Positions 37,691 through 50,456 of a stretch of DNA of 63,941 nt are shown piece after piece. Position 1 is the stretch's first letter. Each line of letters starts with the position of its first letter. The notes under the pieces were generated by a model. The model saw only the letters and a list, made by a program, of their open reading frames with translations. It made no database searches and was not told where the DNA came from. Both the position numbers and the translations under genes were made by a program. Origin of the DNA: Octopus bimaculoides (Eukaryota); NCBI RefSeq assembly GCF_001194135.2, contig NC_068981.1, positions 145,859,963 to 145,923,903 of the forward strand, in the 5' to 3' direction.

Positions 37691-38196
37691 TGTGCATGCA
37701 TTTGTGTGTGTGTGTGTGTACAGATATGTCTGTATGTATATATGTGTGTGTGTGTGTGTGTACAGATATGTCTGTATGTATATATGTGTGTGTGTGTGTG
37801 TGTTTGTATGTGCTCTTGTCTAGATAACATGTGATAATTGTAAATGAGTCCTATTGTCAAGAAACAACATGCAAGGTTTCCAGTTTTCCCTGAAAAACAT
37901 GTCTGGCCATGGAAAATATTACCTTGCTTGTGAAAAGGTGAGAGTTGGCAATGGGATGGGCATCTAGCTGTCGAAACCTGCCTCAATGTATTCCATCTGA
38001 TACATGCAAGCATGAACATTTAGATGTTAAATGATGATGATGATTTTGGTCTTATTTTCTATCAACAGCAGATCAACATAAACATACGTTCATTTGATGT
38101 TGTTCTCTCTGTTTCCTGATCTATATTGTTTTTAAATCTCTCAGTAAATAAAATGTACAAATTTTTCATTTTTGAAATTTTTTTTTATATCTTCAG

Positions 38197-38352
38197 ATAT
38201 TTTTCCCTTTACTGAAGGTAGCAGCTGCAAAGGAGAACCCTTCTTCAAATTTGTCTTGTAATCGTGCTGCAGTTGTGAATATCAGTAGCATATTAGGGTC
38301 TGTTACTGCTACTCGAAATAGCACATTTTTCTATGAATATTCTTCTTCAAAG
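38197..38352 (+). CDS. C-factor-like SDR, exon 4 (catalytic Ser and YxxxK)
   Basis: Acceptor cttcag; IFFPLLKVAA...AAVVNISSILGS...YEYSSSK; donor gtaagt. Confidence 0.93.
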
Positions 38353-39079
38353 GTAAGTATTAAAATTTCTTGCATTCTTCAACTGTCATCTATTCTTCCT
38401 TCTGTGAGAATATAAGAAAAAGCTGCATTTTTAATTTATGCCGGGATATAAAAAAACAATGTGGATGATAATACAAATTAAAGAAAAAACAACAAAACTG
38501 AAGATCAAATAAATGACCCTAAATTTTAGTTCAGTCAAATCACATAAGGGATAAGTTGTTAAAGCATCAAATAAAATGCCTTGTGGTATTTGTTCTGACA
38601 TTTGGTACACTGAGTTCAAATCCCACCAAGATTAGCTTTGCCTTTCATCCTTTTGAGGGAAAATAAAAAAAAAAGTACCAATCTAGAGAATTGGATTGAT
38701 GGAACTGTAAGAATGTTGTATGGGATGCCTCATATTTTTTCTTGTCATATTTCTTCTTGCCTTATATTTTTTTCTCACTCCCTTGTCATGGCTTACTTAG
38801 GTGTAGACTTAATCCGTGTTACCTAGTTTAATACCCATAACTGATACTTGGGTGACTTTAGTAGAATCCACTATGTTGCAAGCATTTGGGTCATTTCTCT
38901 GGTTTTACAGTACCTTTCTCCCTACTTCTCACCTGTCATTGAGTATTTGCTTGTTTAGCCCCTGCATCAATTCTGACTGAGCCTGTAGAGATGTTTGTCA
39001 TACCTTATTTCTTATTTGCTTTGCTTGAGCAAAAAAAAACAAAACAACAACAGGGTGTGAAACCAAGGTCTAGAATCGA

Positions 39080-39900
39080 AGTACCTTAGGGTTAACCTAG
39101 CAAAAAATAAAGTCTTAGTAAGTAGGAAGGCTGTCAAATCACAATCCCCTTCAGGTAGATGGCCCTGCTCGATCTGTAGAAAAAGCGTGGATAGAAACTC
39201 CATACGATATACTCGGTGTAAGCTATGGACACATAAAAGGTGCAGCAATATCAAAGGAAGGTTAACCAGGAAAATAGTATTTGTGTGTGGCAGATGCACA
39301 GGAGCAATAAATACTGAAGATGTACAGAAAACAGATTCCATCACATGCCAGGTGGAGAAACTAGAAGTAGTTAATAGCTTCTGCTACCTAGGTGACCAAG
39401 TCTGTAGTGGGGGTGGTTACTCTGAGCAAAGTTCAGGGAGCTCCTATCTCTTCTGGCAACTAACGGCTTCTCACTCAGGATGAAAGGTAGACTATATGAT
39501 GCATGTATGTGAAATGCCATGCTATGCAGCAGTGAAACATGGGCCATGACTGCTGAGAAAATGCGTAGGCTTGAAAGAAATGAAGCTAATATGATCTGCT
39601 GGATGTGTAATGTCAGTGTGCATACAAAGCAGAGTGTAAGTGCCCTGAGAGAAAAGTTGGGCATAAGAAGCATCAAATGTGGTGTGCAAGACAGATGACT
39701 GTACCGGTATGGTCATGTGTTACATATGGATGAGGATAGCTGTGTGAGGAAGTGCCACTCCCTAACTGTGGAAGAGGTAGACCCAGGAAGACATGGGATG
39801 AGGTGGTGAAGCATGACTTTCGAACATTGGGCATCACAGAGGCAATGACAGGAGACCGAAACCTTTGGAGATATGCTGTGATTGAGAAGACCCAGCAACT
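39080..39900 (+). mobile_element. RTE-clade LINE 3' fragment
   Basis: RCKLWTHKRCSNIKG...CGRCTG...LEVVNSFCYLGDQ, then degenerate post-RT region. Confidence 0.8.
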
Positions 39901-39929
39901 AAAGTGAAATGGCAGCCACGCATGTCTGG

Positions 39930-40420
39930 CCCAGTTAAAAGTACCCCTGATGTGTTGGACGATATGATATGCTTGGGAAGACCTGTTGAGTCAAGTAAAA
40001 CCAATATCGTAGCTGTGGCCTGACTCGCTCCTGTGCCAGTGGCACGTAAAAAGCACCATCTGAACGTGGCTGATGCCAGTACTCCCTGACTGGCTCTTGT
40101 GCTGGTGGCACTTAAAAAGCACCATCCAAATGTGGCTGATGCCAGTATCCCCTGACTGGCCCCGGTGCCGGTGGCATGTAAAAAGCACTATCTGAATGTG
40201 ATTGATGGCAGGCCCACCCGACTGGCTCCTGTGCCTGTGGCACGTAAAAAACACCCACTACACTCTTAGAGTGGTTGGCTTTAGGAAGGGCATCCAGCTA
40301 TAGAAACATTGCCAGATCAGATTGGAGCCTGGTGCAGCTGCTGGCTCTCCAGACCTCAGTCAAACCAGCCAATCCATGCCAGCATAGAAAACGGATGTTA
40401 AACAATGATGACGGCAGTGG
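39930..40420 (+). mobile_element. SINE family C with four 66-bp head repeats
   Basis: ggcacgtaaaaagcacc-like motif at 40041, 40107, 40173, 40239. Confidence 0.8.
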
Positions 40421-41040
40421 CGGCAATGATGACAAATGGAACTTCTGTCTCCTTGAACACCATGAATAACTTTTCTTTGCAGATACTTTGTGATATGCTT
40501 ATAATGAAATCCTTTTAGGCTGAATTCCAAACAATAGCCTTTTGTAAATAAAGTGGTAGGATGTGTAACTCATTGACCATCATGCATTCTTCCTGATAAC
40601 CACTTCCCACTTGATTTTCTACTCCACCTACAAAACTTTATTCAAATTTAATATTAACCACATATATCTTACTCCTATGTCCAGACTTTGGAATGCATAA
40701 AATGGCTAGGAGCATTATACTTCCTTTACAGTCTATTTAATAAAAAAGTAAGCCAGTGAAGGAGCCTTTACAAAGCTGCTTGATCTGTTTGGAATAATAT
40801 TTAAATCTCCCTCAAATTAGATCTACCATCTTGAACAGATAAGGATACGTTACAGATTGCCAAAAAGAAAGGATGGTCATAGCTGATCATAAGTCTACTC
40901 AGTCAGGGCTGACCTGGGGTTAAATGGCATCAACAACCTTGTAAAAAATATAATAAAGTATCAAAAAATTATGTTTAAAATAAACGAAACAAAAGAATAG
41001 ACATTGTTTTCAAAACATCATTTTTATTTATTTATTTCAG

Positions 41041-41262
41041 GCTGCTTTAAATATGATTACCAAGGATTTTGGGATTCACTTAAAACCTCACAATGTGCTT
41101 GCTGTGGCTCTTCACCCAGGATGGGTACAAACTGATATGGGAGGTAAAAATGCTAATTTGACTCCAGAATCAAGCGTGAAACAATCACTGAATACTCTGT
41201 CAACGTTAAATGAAAGCAATGCTGGTTTTCTTATTGACTACCAAGGATCTGTCATTCCTTAG
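41041..41262 (+). CDS. C-factor-like SDR, exon 5 (terminal)
   Basis: Acceptor tttatttcag; AALNMITKDFG...VALHPGWVQTDMGG...GFLIDYQGSVIP then TAG TAA; spliced product 251 aa. Confidence 0.93.
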   Translation, partial: AALNMITKDFGIHLKPHNVLAVALHPGWVQTDMGGKNANLTPESSVKQSLNTLSTLNESNAGFLIDYQGSVIP

Positions 41263-41271
41263 TAAGGTTTG

Positions 41272-41277
41272 AATAAA
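41272..41277 (+). terminator. Candidate polyadenylation signal (second AATAAA at 41445-41450)
   Basis: AATAAA shortly after the SDR stop; hexamer is common in AT-rich DNA. Confidence 0.4.
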
Positions 41278-41704
41278 ATTGTACAGAATAGGAGAGGGCA
41301 ATAATTTTCATTAAAGGGTTAGATTGGCATGTTTGGAAAATCTAATCTTATGTAGCCGAATTTTATAAAATAGTTTTGGTTTTGGCAGGTATTATCAATT
41401 TCAACTTTTTTATAATCATGTAATTGTTAATAGTAATTCTGATTAATAAACTTTAGAAAATATTTTCTCACATTCGACGTGACATATATGTTGGACCAAA
41501 CAGACACTATGTTAGAATGTTTTTTGGGTCCAGATTATGTAAAATTGTAGCTATGGATTCAACCAATTTTTTAATATGTTTTTATAAAATTTAATAATTT
41601 TCTCTCATTCTAATATGACAATGATGTGTTCAATATGAATTAGAATTCTAATAAAATGTGTTACATGTAACAGATGCAGAATTAGATTAAAATAGCAATT
41701 TGTT

Positions 41705-41970
41705 TATCTTTTACTTGTTTCAATCATTAGACTGTGGCCATGCTGGCACACAGCCTTGAGGAATTTTTAGTTGAATGTATCAACCCCAGTACTTACTTTT
41801 TATAAGCCTGGTACTTTTTCTATCAGTCTTTTGCCGAACCACTAAGTTACAGAGACATAAACACACCAGCACTGGTTGTCAAGTGGTAGTGGGGGGACTG
41901 GACATGAAACGCAGTGGGACTGAACATGAAACCATATGACTGAGAAGCAAGCTTCTTACCATACAGCCAT
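41705..41970 (-). mobile_element. SINE family B copy
   Basis: ttttacttgttt...gtggccatgctgg...aagcttcttacca.acagcca. Confidence 0.7.
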
Positions 41971-42349
41971 GCTAAAAAGCCAGCTTATTGCAGTATTCTC
42001 CAGGGGATAATATCTCTTACGAACGTGCTGTGTTTAAAAACACAAAATACACCAATATATTTTGTGTTTTTAAACACAGCACAAGCATAAGAGATATTGT
42101 TTCCAGATGAATACCATGACATTACGTTTTTCACAAGTGTCTTTTCCTTTGCAAGTTTGTATTAAGTCCATTTAAATACAGCAAACATAAAATTTGATAT
42201 CCAATTTTTATCATATAGCTGCAGTAAGTCAGGTGATTTTTCTTTCATTTCTAAAAATAGTTTAATGTCATTTTTCAAATTCCGTCCAATGTTGAAAACT
42301 TATCTTAAATTTAACCTGTGTCATTTGTGTGGTGTAGAGCTGAGATCAT

Positions 42350-42772
42350 TTATGTATTCTGCTTCTGACCCTTAGACTGGTTCCCGTGCTGGTAGCACGT
42401 AAAAAGCACCATCCGAACGTGGTTGATGCCAGGTCCACTCGACTGGCTCCCATGCCAGTAGGACGTAAAAAGCACCAACCCATCGTGGCTGATGCCAGTA
42501 CCCCCTCACTGACACTTGTGCTGGAGGCACGTAAAAAGCACCATCCAAATGTGGTTGATGCCAGGCCCTCATGCCGGTGGCATGTAAAAAGCACCCACTA
42601 CATTCTCGGAGGGGTTGGCATTAGGAAGGGCATCCAGCTGTAGAAACATTGTCAGATCAAATTGGAGTCTGGTGCAGCAGCTGGCTCACCAGACTTCAGT
42701 CAAACCGTCCAACCCATGCTAGCATGGAAAATGGACGTTAAACGAAGATGATGATGATGATGATGATGATGA
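42350..42772 (+). mobile_element. SINE family C with 66-bp head repeats and (GAT)n tail
   Basis: Units at 42394, 42460, 42526, 42579; tail gatgatgatgatgatgatgat. Confidence 0.8.
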
Positions 42773-42779
42773 CTAAAGA

Positions 42780-43860
42780 GGCTAATTCTTGCATGGAAGC
42801 ATCTATTGCAAAGTTTACAAGGGATCTGTGGTGTAGGTTTTGGTAGTTGCAGATTCTATTTTCTTTCTTGTCATTTCTTTTCTTCTTTCCTCTGTCGTTC
42901 ATCTTCAAAATGATCCATCACAGTGGAGATGGAATGATGCCTGCCAGGTCTGTCCTGAGCTTCAGTGTCCCAGGCTTTGGGATTGATTCCAGTCAGTTTT
43001 AGGCTTTGCTTTAGATAGTCCTTGTATTGCTGGCGAACATCTTGCATCTGCCACCAACATGCAGGTCTGGACTAAGAACTTCTAGTTTCACCAAACCTGC
43101 TCTCACCATTCTTACCCCATCACTATTGGGATTATGTAGAGGAAAAAATAAATAAAAAAAGGGAAAGGAAGTGTTGAATCGAAAAGAAACTAGCCAAGGG
43201 TGTGAGTTTGTTTAGGATGGAGATCTTGGCAAGGAGGTCTCCACGCACTATCGCCCAAAATCCATCTGCCGTGGCACTACCTAGAGTGACATGTGAGGCA
43301 CAGATGATTGGTTGCAATGGAATGCTGCTAGCTCCAATGTCATTAAAGTTGTGTCTTTCTAACCAGTCCATCTGATATTGCCCCATTCTGCTAGGATCAG
43401 TTGTTGAGTTTAGAGATGTAGCTTCCTCTGCTTGATCCACCATTGCGGTCTTTGTTTGGTGTGGTGAGGGACAAGGACAGTGTTTCTGTACCCTTGTTTG
43501 AACAGATCTTGTTTCTAGTTCTGATGGGTGCCCTCACACCCTCCTCCAAGACCCAGTAAGCTGAACAGAGAGGGGAGTCAGTTTAGCCGCAGACAACCTG
43601 ACTATGACTGAGAGAAGTGGGAGTACATGCTTACCCGTTGTCTCCAAGAAGAGACATCAGCACCAAGGACAGTGCTCCTGTGTCCTTGTATGAACAGATC
43701 TTGTTTTTAGTTCTGATGGGTGCCCTCACACCCTCCTCCAAGATCCAGTAAGCTGAACCGAGAGGGGAGCCAGTTTAATTGCCAACGACCCAACCATGAC
43801 TGAAAGGAGTGGGAGTACATGGTTACTTGTTGTCGCCTAGAAGAGACCTCAACACCAAGC
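42780..43860 (-). mobile_element. Degenerate RTE-like LINE with 192-bp tandem duplication
   Basis: Weak RTE C-terminal similarity at 42800-43100; duplicated units 43472-43663 and 43664-43855. Confidence 0.45.
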
Positions 43861-45099
43861 AGCCTAGATTACCATTGACCTGTTCCACTCAGATGGTCCA
43901 TCATTGTTGTTCCTTAGCCCCAGGTCAGTTGGTCAAAGACATTCTAGCTGTGACCATCTTGCCTTTTCATACATCAAGGACTGCATTATACTTCGATTTG
44001 AAAGATTGTAATTTGTAGTATGAGAAAGTTTTGGTTGCTATTTCTGGCAGGTTGAATGATCACATGAAGATTCCCTTGTAGTTGAACATCTGGGTATGAT
44101 TCATAGAGCTTATGCTCCAGATACACCATTCCTTCACCTGTTTCTAAACCAACTCTTTTTTTACTCAGCTGGAGATTAGTTACAAAGTGTTTACAAATGT
44201 TTTCATTGCTATTTTCAATATTGAGCATCTTTTTTTTCTCTTTGGTGAAAGGTTTTAATGAAACATCAAAATTCTTGCTTCAAAATGTCATTTAAACTTA
44301 TCTAAATTTGTAAACTTTTTAAAGTATTTTTTTAATCTACAAACTACCTTGAGTTATTTTTAATTATTAGTTGTTCTTTAACAATAAAACACTGAAAAGA
44401 ACATTTTTTAGAAGGAGAATATCCTTTATGATGAACTATTGAATGTCTCACTGTGCTGTAGGTCTTCTTCTTTCTTTGACACATCATCTAAACTTATTAA
44501 AATTTATAAGCTTTACAAAATATTTTTTACCAACTCACTACCTCGGAGCTTTTCTTTTATTTGTTGGTTGTTCCTTAATAAAACAATGAAAAAAATTGGT
44601 TTGTTTTTAATTATTCAGATGCAGGAGAACACTTTTTATTATAACAATTTATGTTAGAATGGCTATGCAAAGACATGGTATGTCTCTTGAAGAACAACTC
44701 TATGGATGACAACCAGTTATTCAACTGATTGCTTGTGTGTCATGTGTCTGCTCAATCAGAATGTGCAAAGAGCACAGTTGGTTGTCATAGCATGACCAAT
44801 CTTCGCTATCCTTGCCATTGCATGTTCATTCATCCCCATTTTCCTAAATATATCTACAACATCCTGAAACATGGGACAACAACAATCATGACATGTCACA
44901 AAAATAAAACAACATTAAGCAAGGAAACAACAAAGAGAAACCTGTCATATACAACTGTGAAACAGTTGTACATGACATTAACCAGACAACAAACTGTTAA
45001 TTGCTCTCCAATATTTTTAACAACAATAACAACGATACTAGCAACAACCTCAGCACATCATGTTTCATTAACCATTTTAAGTAACATATGTTGGTGTCA

Positions 45100-45452
45100 C
45101 ACCACTGGCACAGGTGCCAGTAGCATGTAAAAAGCATCTTTCGAGTGTTGGGCCTCATGGAGGCAATGACTAAGACCTTTGGCAGCATGCTGTGTTTGAG
45201 TAGAAAACCCATCAAGCCAAGTGAAATCAAAGCTGTGGCAGACACTGGTGTCACATAACTGGTACACATGCCCATGGCATGTAAAAACACCCATTACACT
45301 CTCAGAATGGTTAGCAGCAGGAAGGGCATCTGGCCGTAGAAACCATGCCAAGTCAGACTGGAGTCTGGTGCAGCCCCTCAGCTTGCCAGCCCTGGTCAAA
45401 CTATCCAACCCATGCCAGCATGGACAACAAACATTAAATGATGATGATGATA
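45100..45452 (+). mobile_element. SINE family C copy
   Basis: ggaagggcatctggcc...aacccatgccagcatgg...gatgatgatgat. Confidence 0.75.
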
Positions 45453-45559
45453 ATGAGCAAATGAATTTACCAAATGATTTAGCTAAAAAAAAAAAAAAGA
45501 AAAAAATGACATGAATTAGTCCAATTAGCCCACCATTTACTTCACAAATGTTTTGTCGT

Positions 45560-45658
45560 CAGTACTTCACTTTCCCATATCACCTCTTTCAACATAACTA
45601 ATATATATATACAAACTTTGCCATTTTAATCCCGAGCAACGCCAAGTATCTCTGCTAG
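45560..45658 (+). mobile_element. Helitron-like 3' end
   Basis: cccgagcaacgccaagtatctctgCTAG followed by T: degenerate subterminal hairpin plus CTAG. Confidence 0.55.
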
Positions 45659-47122
45659 TTAACTATAAAATATTAATAACTACTATATATCACTCTCTGT
45701 ATTAACTATGAATTAGTAGCACCTAGTATATAGACTTTTCCTATCAACAATGCAAGGGAAATAGATGTTGGCTTCATAATACGTTTTAAAAATTTTAACG
45801 CAGAAAATCTGGAGTTAGCTCCCTTACAATCTACACTATTTTATGGATAAAATTAGTGCAAACGGGAGAGAACTAACAATAATTGTTTCAAATTTTAGCA
45901 AAAGGCCAATATTAGGTAATCGAACTCATTACTTGACTGGTACTTTATCTCGGCGGGAGAATAAATGTTGCTAAGTATTTCGTCGCATGAGTTAACCAGT
46001 CTGCAAGCTTCAATAAACAATTTAATCAGAAGAACCATTGAAGGAGCCTCCGCGTGACCGTTCTATCTACAGGAAATAACAGCTAAAACTTCGTCAAATC
46101 ACACGATACCGTCTCACGGATAATGAAGTAAGTAACAGATGTGAAGTTGGTCCTAAATCGTCCCTTATCCCTAAGAAGTGTTATATACCACATTGTGAAC
46201 CTATTCCTGATTCAAGCAGTGAGGCTACTTGTGTATGAGGCTTCTGTGTGGAAAATAAATGTAACGGTGGTTCGGTGTGTTATTTCTGTGAGATTATCCA
46301 ACTTGCTAGAAATAGCTGTGAAGTCTCAGTAAAATCATATCTTATTTTAATAAGAACACATTGAATATATATTTTCATATCTTATCTTATTCATATCATA
46401 TCTTATTTTAATAAGAACACATTGAATATATATATATATATATATATATTGAATAATGTAGTCGTATATTTTTTACTTGCTGAATTTGGAAGAAAGGGTA
46501 AAGCCTATAACTGTTGCAAACCCTCCAAGACTGATGAGATTGATGTTGTTAATGTTCTGTTTTAACTGCTGCAGTAGGAAAGACATAAGGGAAGGTGATT
46601 CCAGAGGTTCTACGTTCTGGTGATGAAGGATTGAGTATAGTGGTTGCTGTGGGGAGAGGGAGCTGAATGCATGAAGGGGACCAAGAGGTGGAGAGATGAA
46701 TGGGTTGGAGATGGTTGCGTGGTGGAGCTGTAAGTTGGGCCAGCTCCAAGGAGCAGAGGGGATAATGGTGATGGAAGAAAAAGAGAGAGAAGGCAGCATG
46801 TCTGCAGGTTAGAGGCTGGAGTGTGTCTGTGATGGAGTGCCATTCAGCTGAGTGACTCTTCTCTTGTATGTAATCCAGGATGCCAGTGTGCATTACAACA
46901 ACACCATCCTAGATGTAAGTGTAGAACTCTATTGTGGGCCTCACTTGAGCTTTGTAAAATGTCAGCAGTTTTTGGGAGCTGAAATATGTTCTATCTCTAA
47001 AGAGTAAAACTATTCTTTTGGATGCAGTCCTAGTAATGTCAAGGATGTATCTTTAACAGGAAAGATCCTTGGTGTTAGTGAGACAGCATTTGGAGCAGCC
47101 ATAAGGATTTTAACTGTGAAGG

Positions 47123-47415
47123 TGTGTGGCTTAGTGGTTAGGGTATTCAGCTCAAAATTGCAATATCTTGAGATCAATTCCCAGTGATGTGTTGCGTCCT
47201 TGAGCAAGACATTTTATTCCATGTTGCTCCAGTCCATTCATCTGGCAAGAATGAGTAGTACCTGTATTTCAAAGGGCCAGCCTTGTCACACTCTGTGTCA
47301 TGCTGAATCTCCCTGAGAATTACTTTAAGGGTTCATGTGTCTATGGTGTGCTCAGCCACATGGATGTTAATTTCACAAGCAGGCTATTCCATTGGTTGGA
47401 ACAACTTGAACCCTC
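47123..47415 (+). mobile_element. tRNA-derived SINE family D
   Basis: gtggcttagtggttagg head, ccttgagcaagaca core; related copy at 49500-49795. Confidence 0.7.
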
Positions 47416-47774
47416 AAAGATTATATATGAAATCATGGAAAAGTGGATGTTAAAATGATTGTGATGATGATAATGATGATAAAATGATGAGGATGATGAT
47501 ATATGCCTGTATACATATTGTCATCAACATCATTTTAATGTCTACTTTTCCTGCTTGCATGGAACAGATGCAATTCCTTGAGGCAGATTTTCTGTCACCA
47601 GATGGCCTGCTTGTCATCAGTGCTCACTTGTTTCCAAGCAGGGTCATATTTCCCCATAATCACATACGATTTCAGGGGAGACTGGAAACAAATGACATTG
47701 CTTGTATGATATGGCAAACTAGCACACAATGTCAAGACTAGGTGACACAAACACATTCACACATATATATTATA

Positions 47775-48010
47775 CTAGTAGAGATACCTGGCATTGCTCG
47801 AGATTAAAGTGGCATAGTTTGTGTATATATATTACAGTTATGTTGAGACAGGTGATACGGGAGAGTGAAGCATTGACAACAAAACATTTGTAGAGTAGAT
47901 GATGGGCTAATTTGGCTAAGCGACATGTCATACATCCGTTTGGAGAAATTCAAGCCCTAACCTGTCGTAGAAAATTGGGGTTCTGGTGTAAGTGAATTTT
48001 GAATGCACCA
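47775..48010 (-). mobile_element. Helitron-like 3' end (inverted relative to 45658)
   Basis: Reverse complement reads ...ctcgagcaatgccaggtatctctaCTAGt. Confidence 0.55.
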
Positions 48011-48987
48011 AAAAGCTGTCAGTGGATATACTCTTCCTTGCGGCAGTTGGCACTGCATCTGACATGACCCATCACATGACAGTTGAATGAATGTAGGTGT
48101 AATGGGGATATTGTACATAAATGGGTATATTGGCCAAATGGGCTACCTGTGGGAAACGGCAATGGGGAAGTGAATAGTTGGAATGTTGTAGAAGGCGAAG
48201 GGCTGACATTGGATTGCTGGTGTGGTTGTAGAATAAGAAACATAAACTGAGCCACACGCACACTCACAGACACATATACATTCATATGCAAAATGCGATG
48301 ACACTCATATACATATAGTAAGACAGACTCGCGCAGACATACATAGCTTTTCACCTCCTTGTTTTTTCAGTCGTCACATATGTATATGTGTAGGTGTGTG
48401 TTTTAATCCAAATGAAAATAAAAATTATCTCACATACAGTCACATACATATAGTAATAGAGATACATGCAGATATACATTTACACATATCAGTCGTCACA
48501 TATGTATATGTATGCGTGTGTTTAATAATGTATATAACATGGAAACACACACACACTCACAGACACATACTCACTCATATACCCACACACACACACTCAC
48601 AGGCACACACACACATTTACAAAATATGACATTGTCTTTGTCATCGTAGCGATATGAAATTTCTTTTACTATCTCATACCATCGAATGCGGAAAAACACA
48701 CAAAGACACATACACACTCATATAAAATGTCCTGTACTATAGTTGACTATAGAAAGATTATCAATATTAAATGTTATATTGTTTTAATTGAAATAAAAAA
48801 AAAGTTACATGTTGACACTCACTGGGTGTAAAACTATATAATAAGAAAGACACAATCTGGATCTTGACTGAAGAGAGAAAACTCCGAATGACATGTCCGT
48901 GTTTTCTTTGTATCGTCTATCTGTATGTTTTGTCCCTTTCTTGTATCACCTAACTGTCTGGATGTTTTGCATTCTTGTCCCATTCTG

Positions 48988-49018
<31 letters not shown>

Positions 49019-49499
49019 NNNNNNNNNNNNNNNNNNNNNNNNNNNNNNNNNNNNNNNNNNNNNNNNNNNNNNNNNNNNNNNNNNNNNNNNNNNNNNNNNN
49101 NNNNNNNNNNNNNNNNNNNNNNNNNNNNNNNNNNNNNNNNNNNNNNNNNNNNNNNNNNNNNNNNNNNNNNNNNNNNNNNNNNNNNNNNNNNNNNNNNNNN
49201 NNNNNNNNNNNNNNNNNNNNNNNNNNNNNNNNNNNNNNNNNNNNNNNNNNNNNNNNNNNNNNNNNNNNNNNNNNNNNNNNNNNNNNNNNNNNNNNNNNNN
49301 NNNNNNNNNNNNNNNNNNNNNNNNNNNNNNNNNNNNNNNNNCACTTTGTTGTTTTTTTGTTATTGTTTTTTTGAACTATATATATATATATATATATACA
49401 AGGCTGGTTTTAAGCCAGTTAGGTGTACTACACAAAAGATGAAATATTAATCTTCAGCTTTTGTAGAAGACCCCACTGACAATTCTCTAACTGGGCCCC

Positions 49500-49795
49500 A
49501 TGGGTATTTGGCTCACAGTCATAAGGTTGTGAGTTCAATTACAGGTGGCGCATTTTGTCTTTGAGCAAGACACTTTATTTCACATTCCTCCAGTTCACTC
49601 AGTGGGCAAAAATGAGTAGCACCTGTATTTCAAAGGGCCAGCCTTGTCACATTCTGTGTGAAACTGAATCTCCCTGAGATCTACGTTAAGGATACATGTG
49701 TCTGGAGTGCTCAGCCACTTGCATGTTAATTTTACAAGCAGACAGTTCTGTTGATTAGACCAACTGGAATCCTCATCATTGTAACCAACTAAATG
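49500..49795 (+). mobile_element. SINE family D copy
   Basis: Shares cacctgtatttcaaagggccagccttgtcaca...gaatctccctgaga with 47123-47415. Confidence 0.7.
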
Positions 49796-49809
49796 CCATA
49801 TATATATAT

Positions 49810-50125
49810 ATCATCATCGTTTATCGTCCACTTTCCATGCTAGCATGGGTTGGACGATTTGACTGAGGACTGGTGAACCAGATGGCTACACCAGGTTCCA
49901 ATCTGATTTGGCAGAGTTTCTACACCTGGATGCCCTTCCTAACGCCAACCACTCCGAGAGTGTAGTGGGTGCTTTTATGTGCCACTGGCACGAAGGCCAG
50001 TCAGGCGGTACTGGCAACAGCCACGCTCAAAATGGTGTATTTTACGTGCCACCTGCACAGGAGCCAGTCCAGCGGCACTGGCAACGATCTCGCTCGAATG
50101 TCTTACACATTCCACCGGCACATAT
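49810..50125 (-). mobile_element. SINE family C copy
   Basis: Very similar to 33560-33840. Confidence 0.8.
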
Positions 50126-50456
50126 ATATNNNNNNNNNNNNNNNNNNNNNNNNNNNNNNNNNNNNNNNNNNNNNNNNNNNNNNNNNNNNNNNNNNNNNNN
50201 NNNNNNNNNNNNNNNNNNNNNNNNNNNNNNNNNNNNNNNNNNNNNNNNNNNNNNNNNNNNNNNNNNNNNNNNNNNNNNNNNNNNNNNNNNNNNNNNNNNN
50301 NNNNNNNNNNNNNNNNNNNNNNNNNNNNNNNNNNNNNNNNNNNNNNNNNNNNNNNNNNNNNNNNNNNNNNNNNNNNNNNNNNNNNNNNNNNNNNNNNNNN
50401 NNNNNNNNNNNNNNNNNNNNNNNNNNNNNNNNNNNNNNNNNNNNNNNNNNNNNNNN

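Noticed and set aside
31089-41262. Horizontal transfer of a myxobacterial csgA gene
   Set aside because: Four canonical introns, host-like AT content, and the family is widespread in animals (for example Drosophila sniffer).
39991-42643. Repetitive ORFs (VLFTCHRH...) and a CRISPR-like look of the 66-bp units
   Set aside because: Units are SINE head repeats with no unique spacers; the 66-bp period keeps frame by arithmetic; eukaryotic context with no cas genes.
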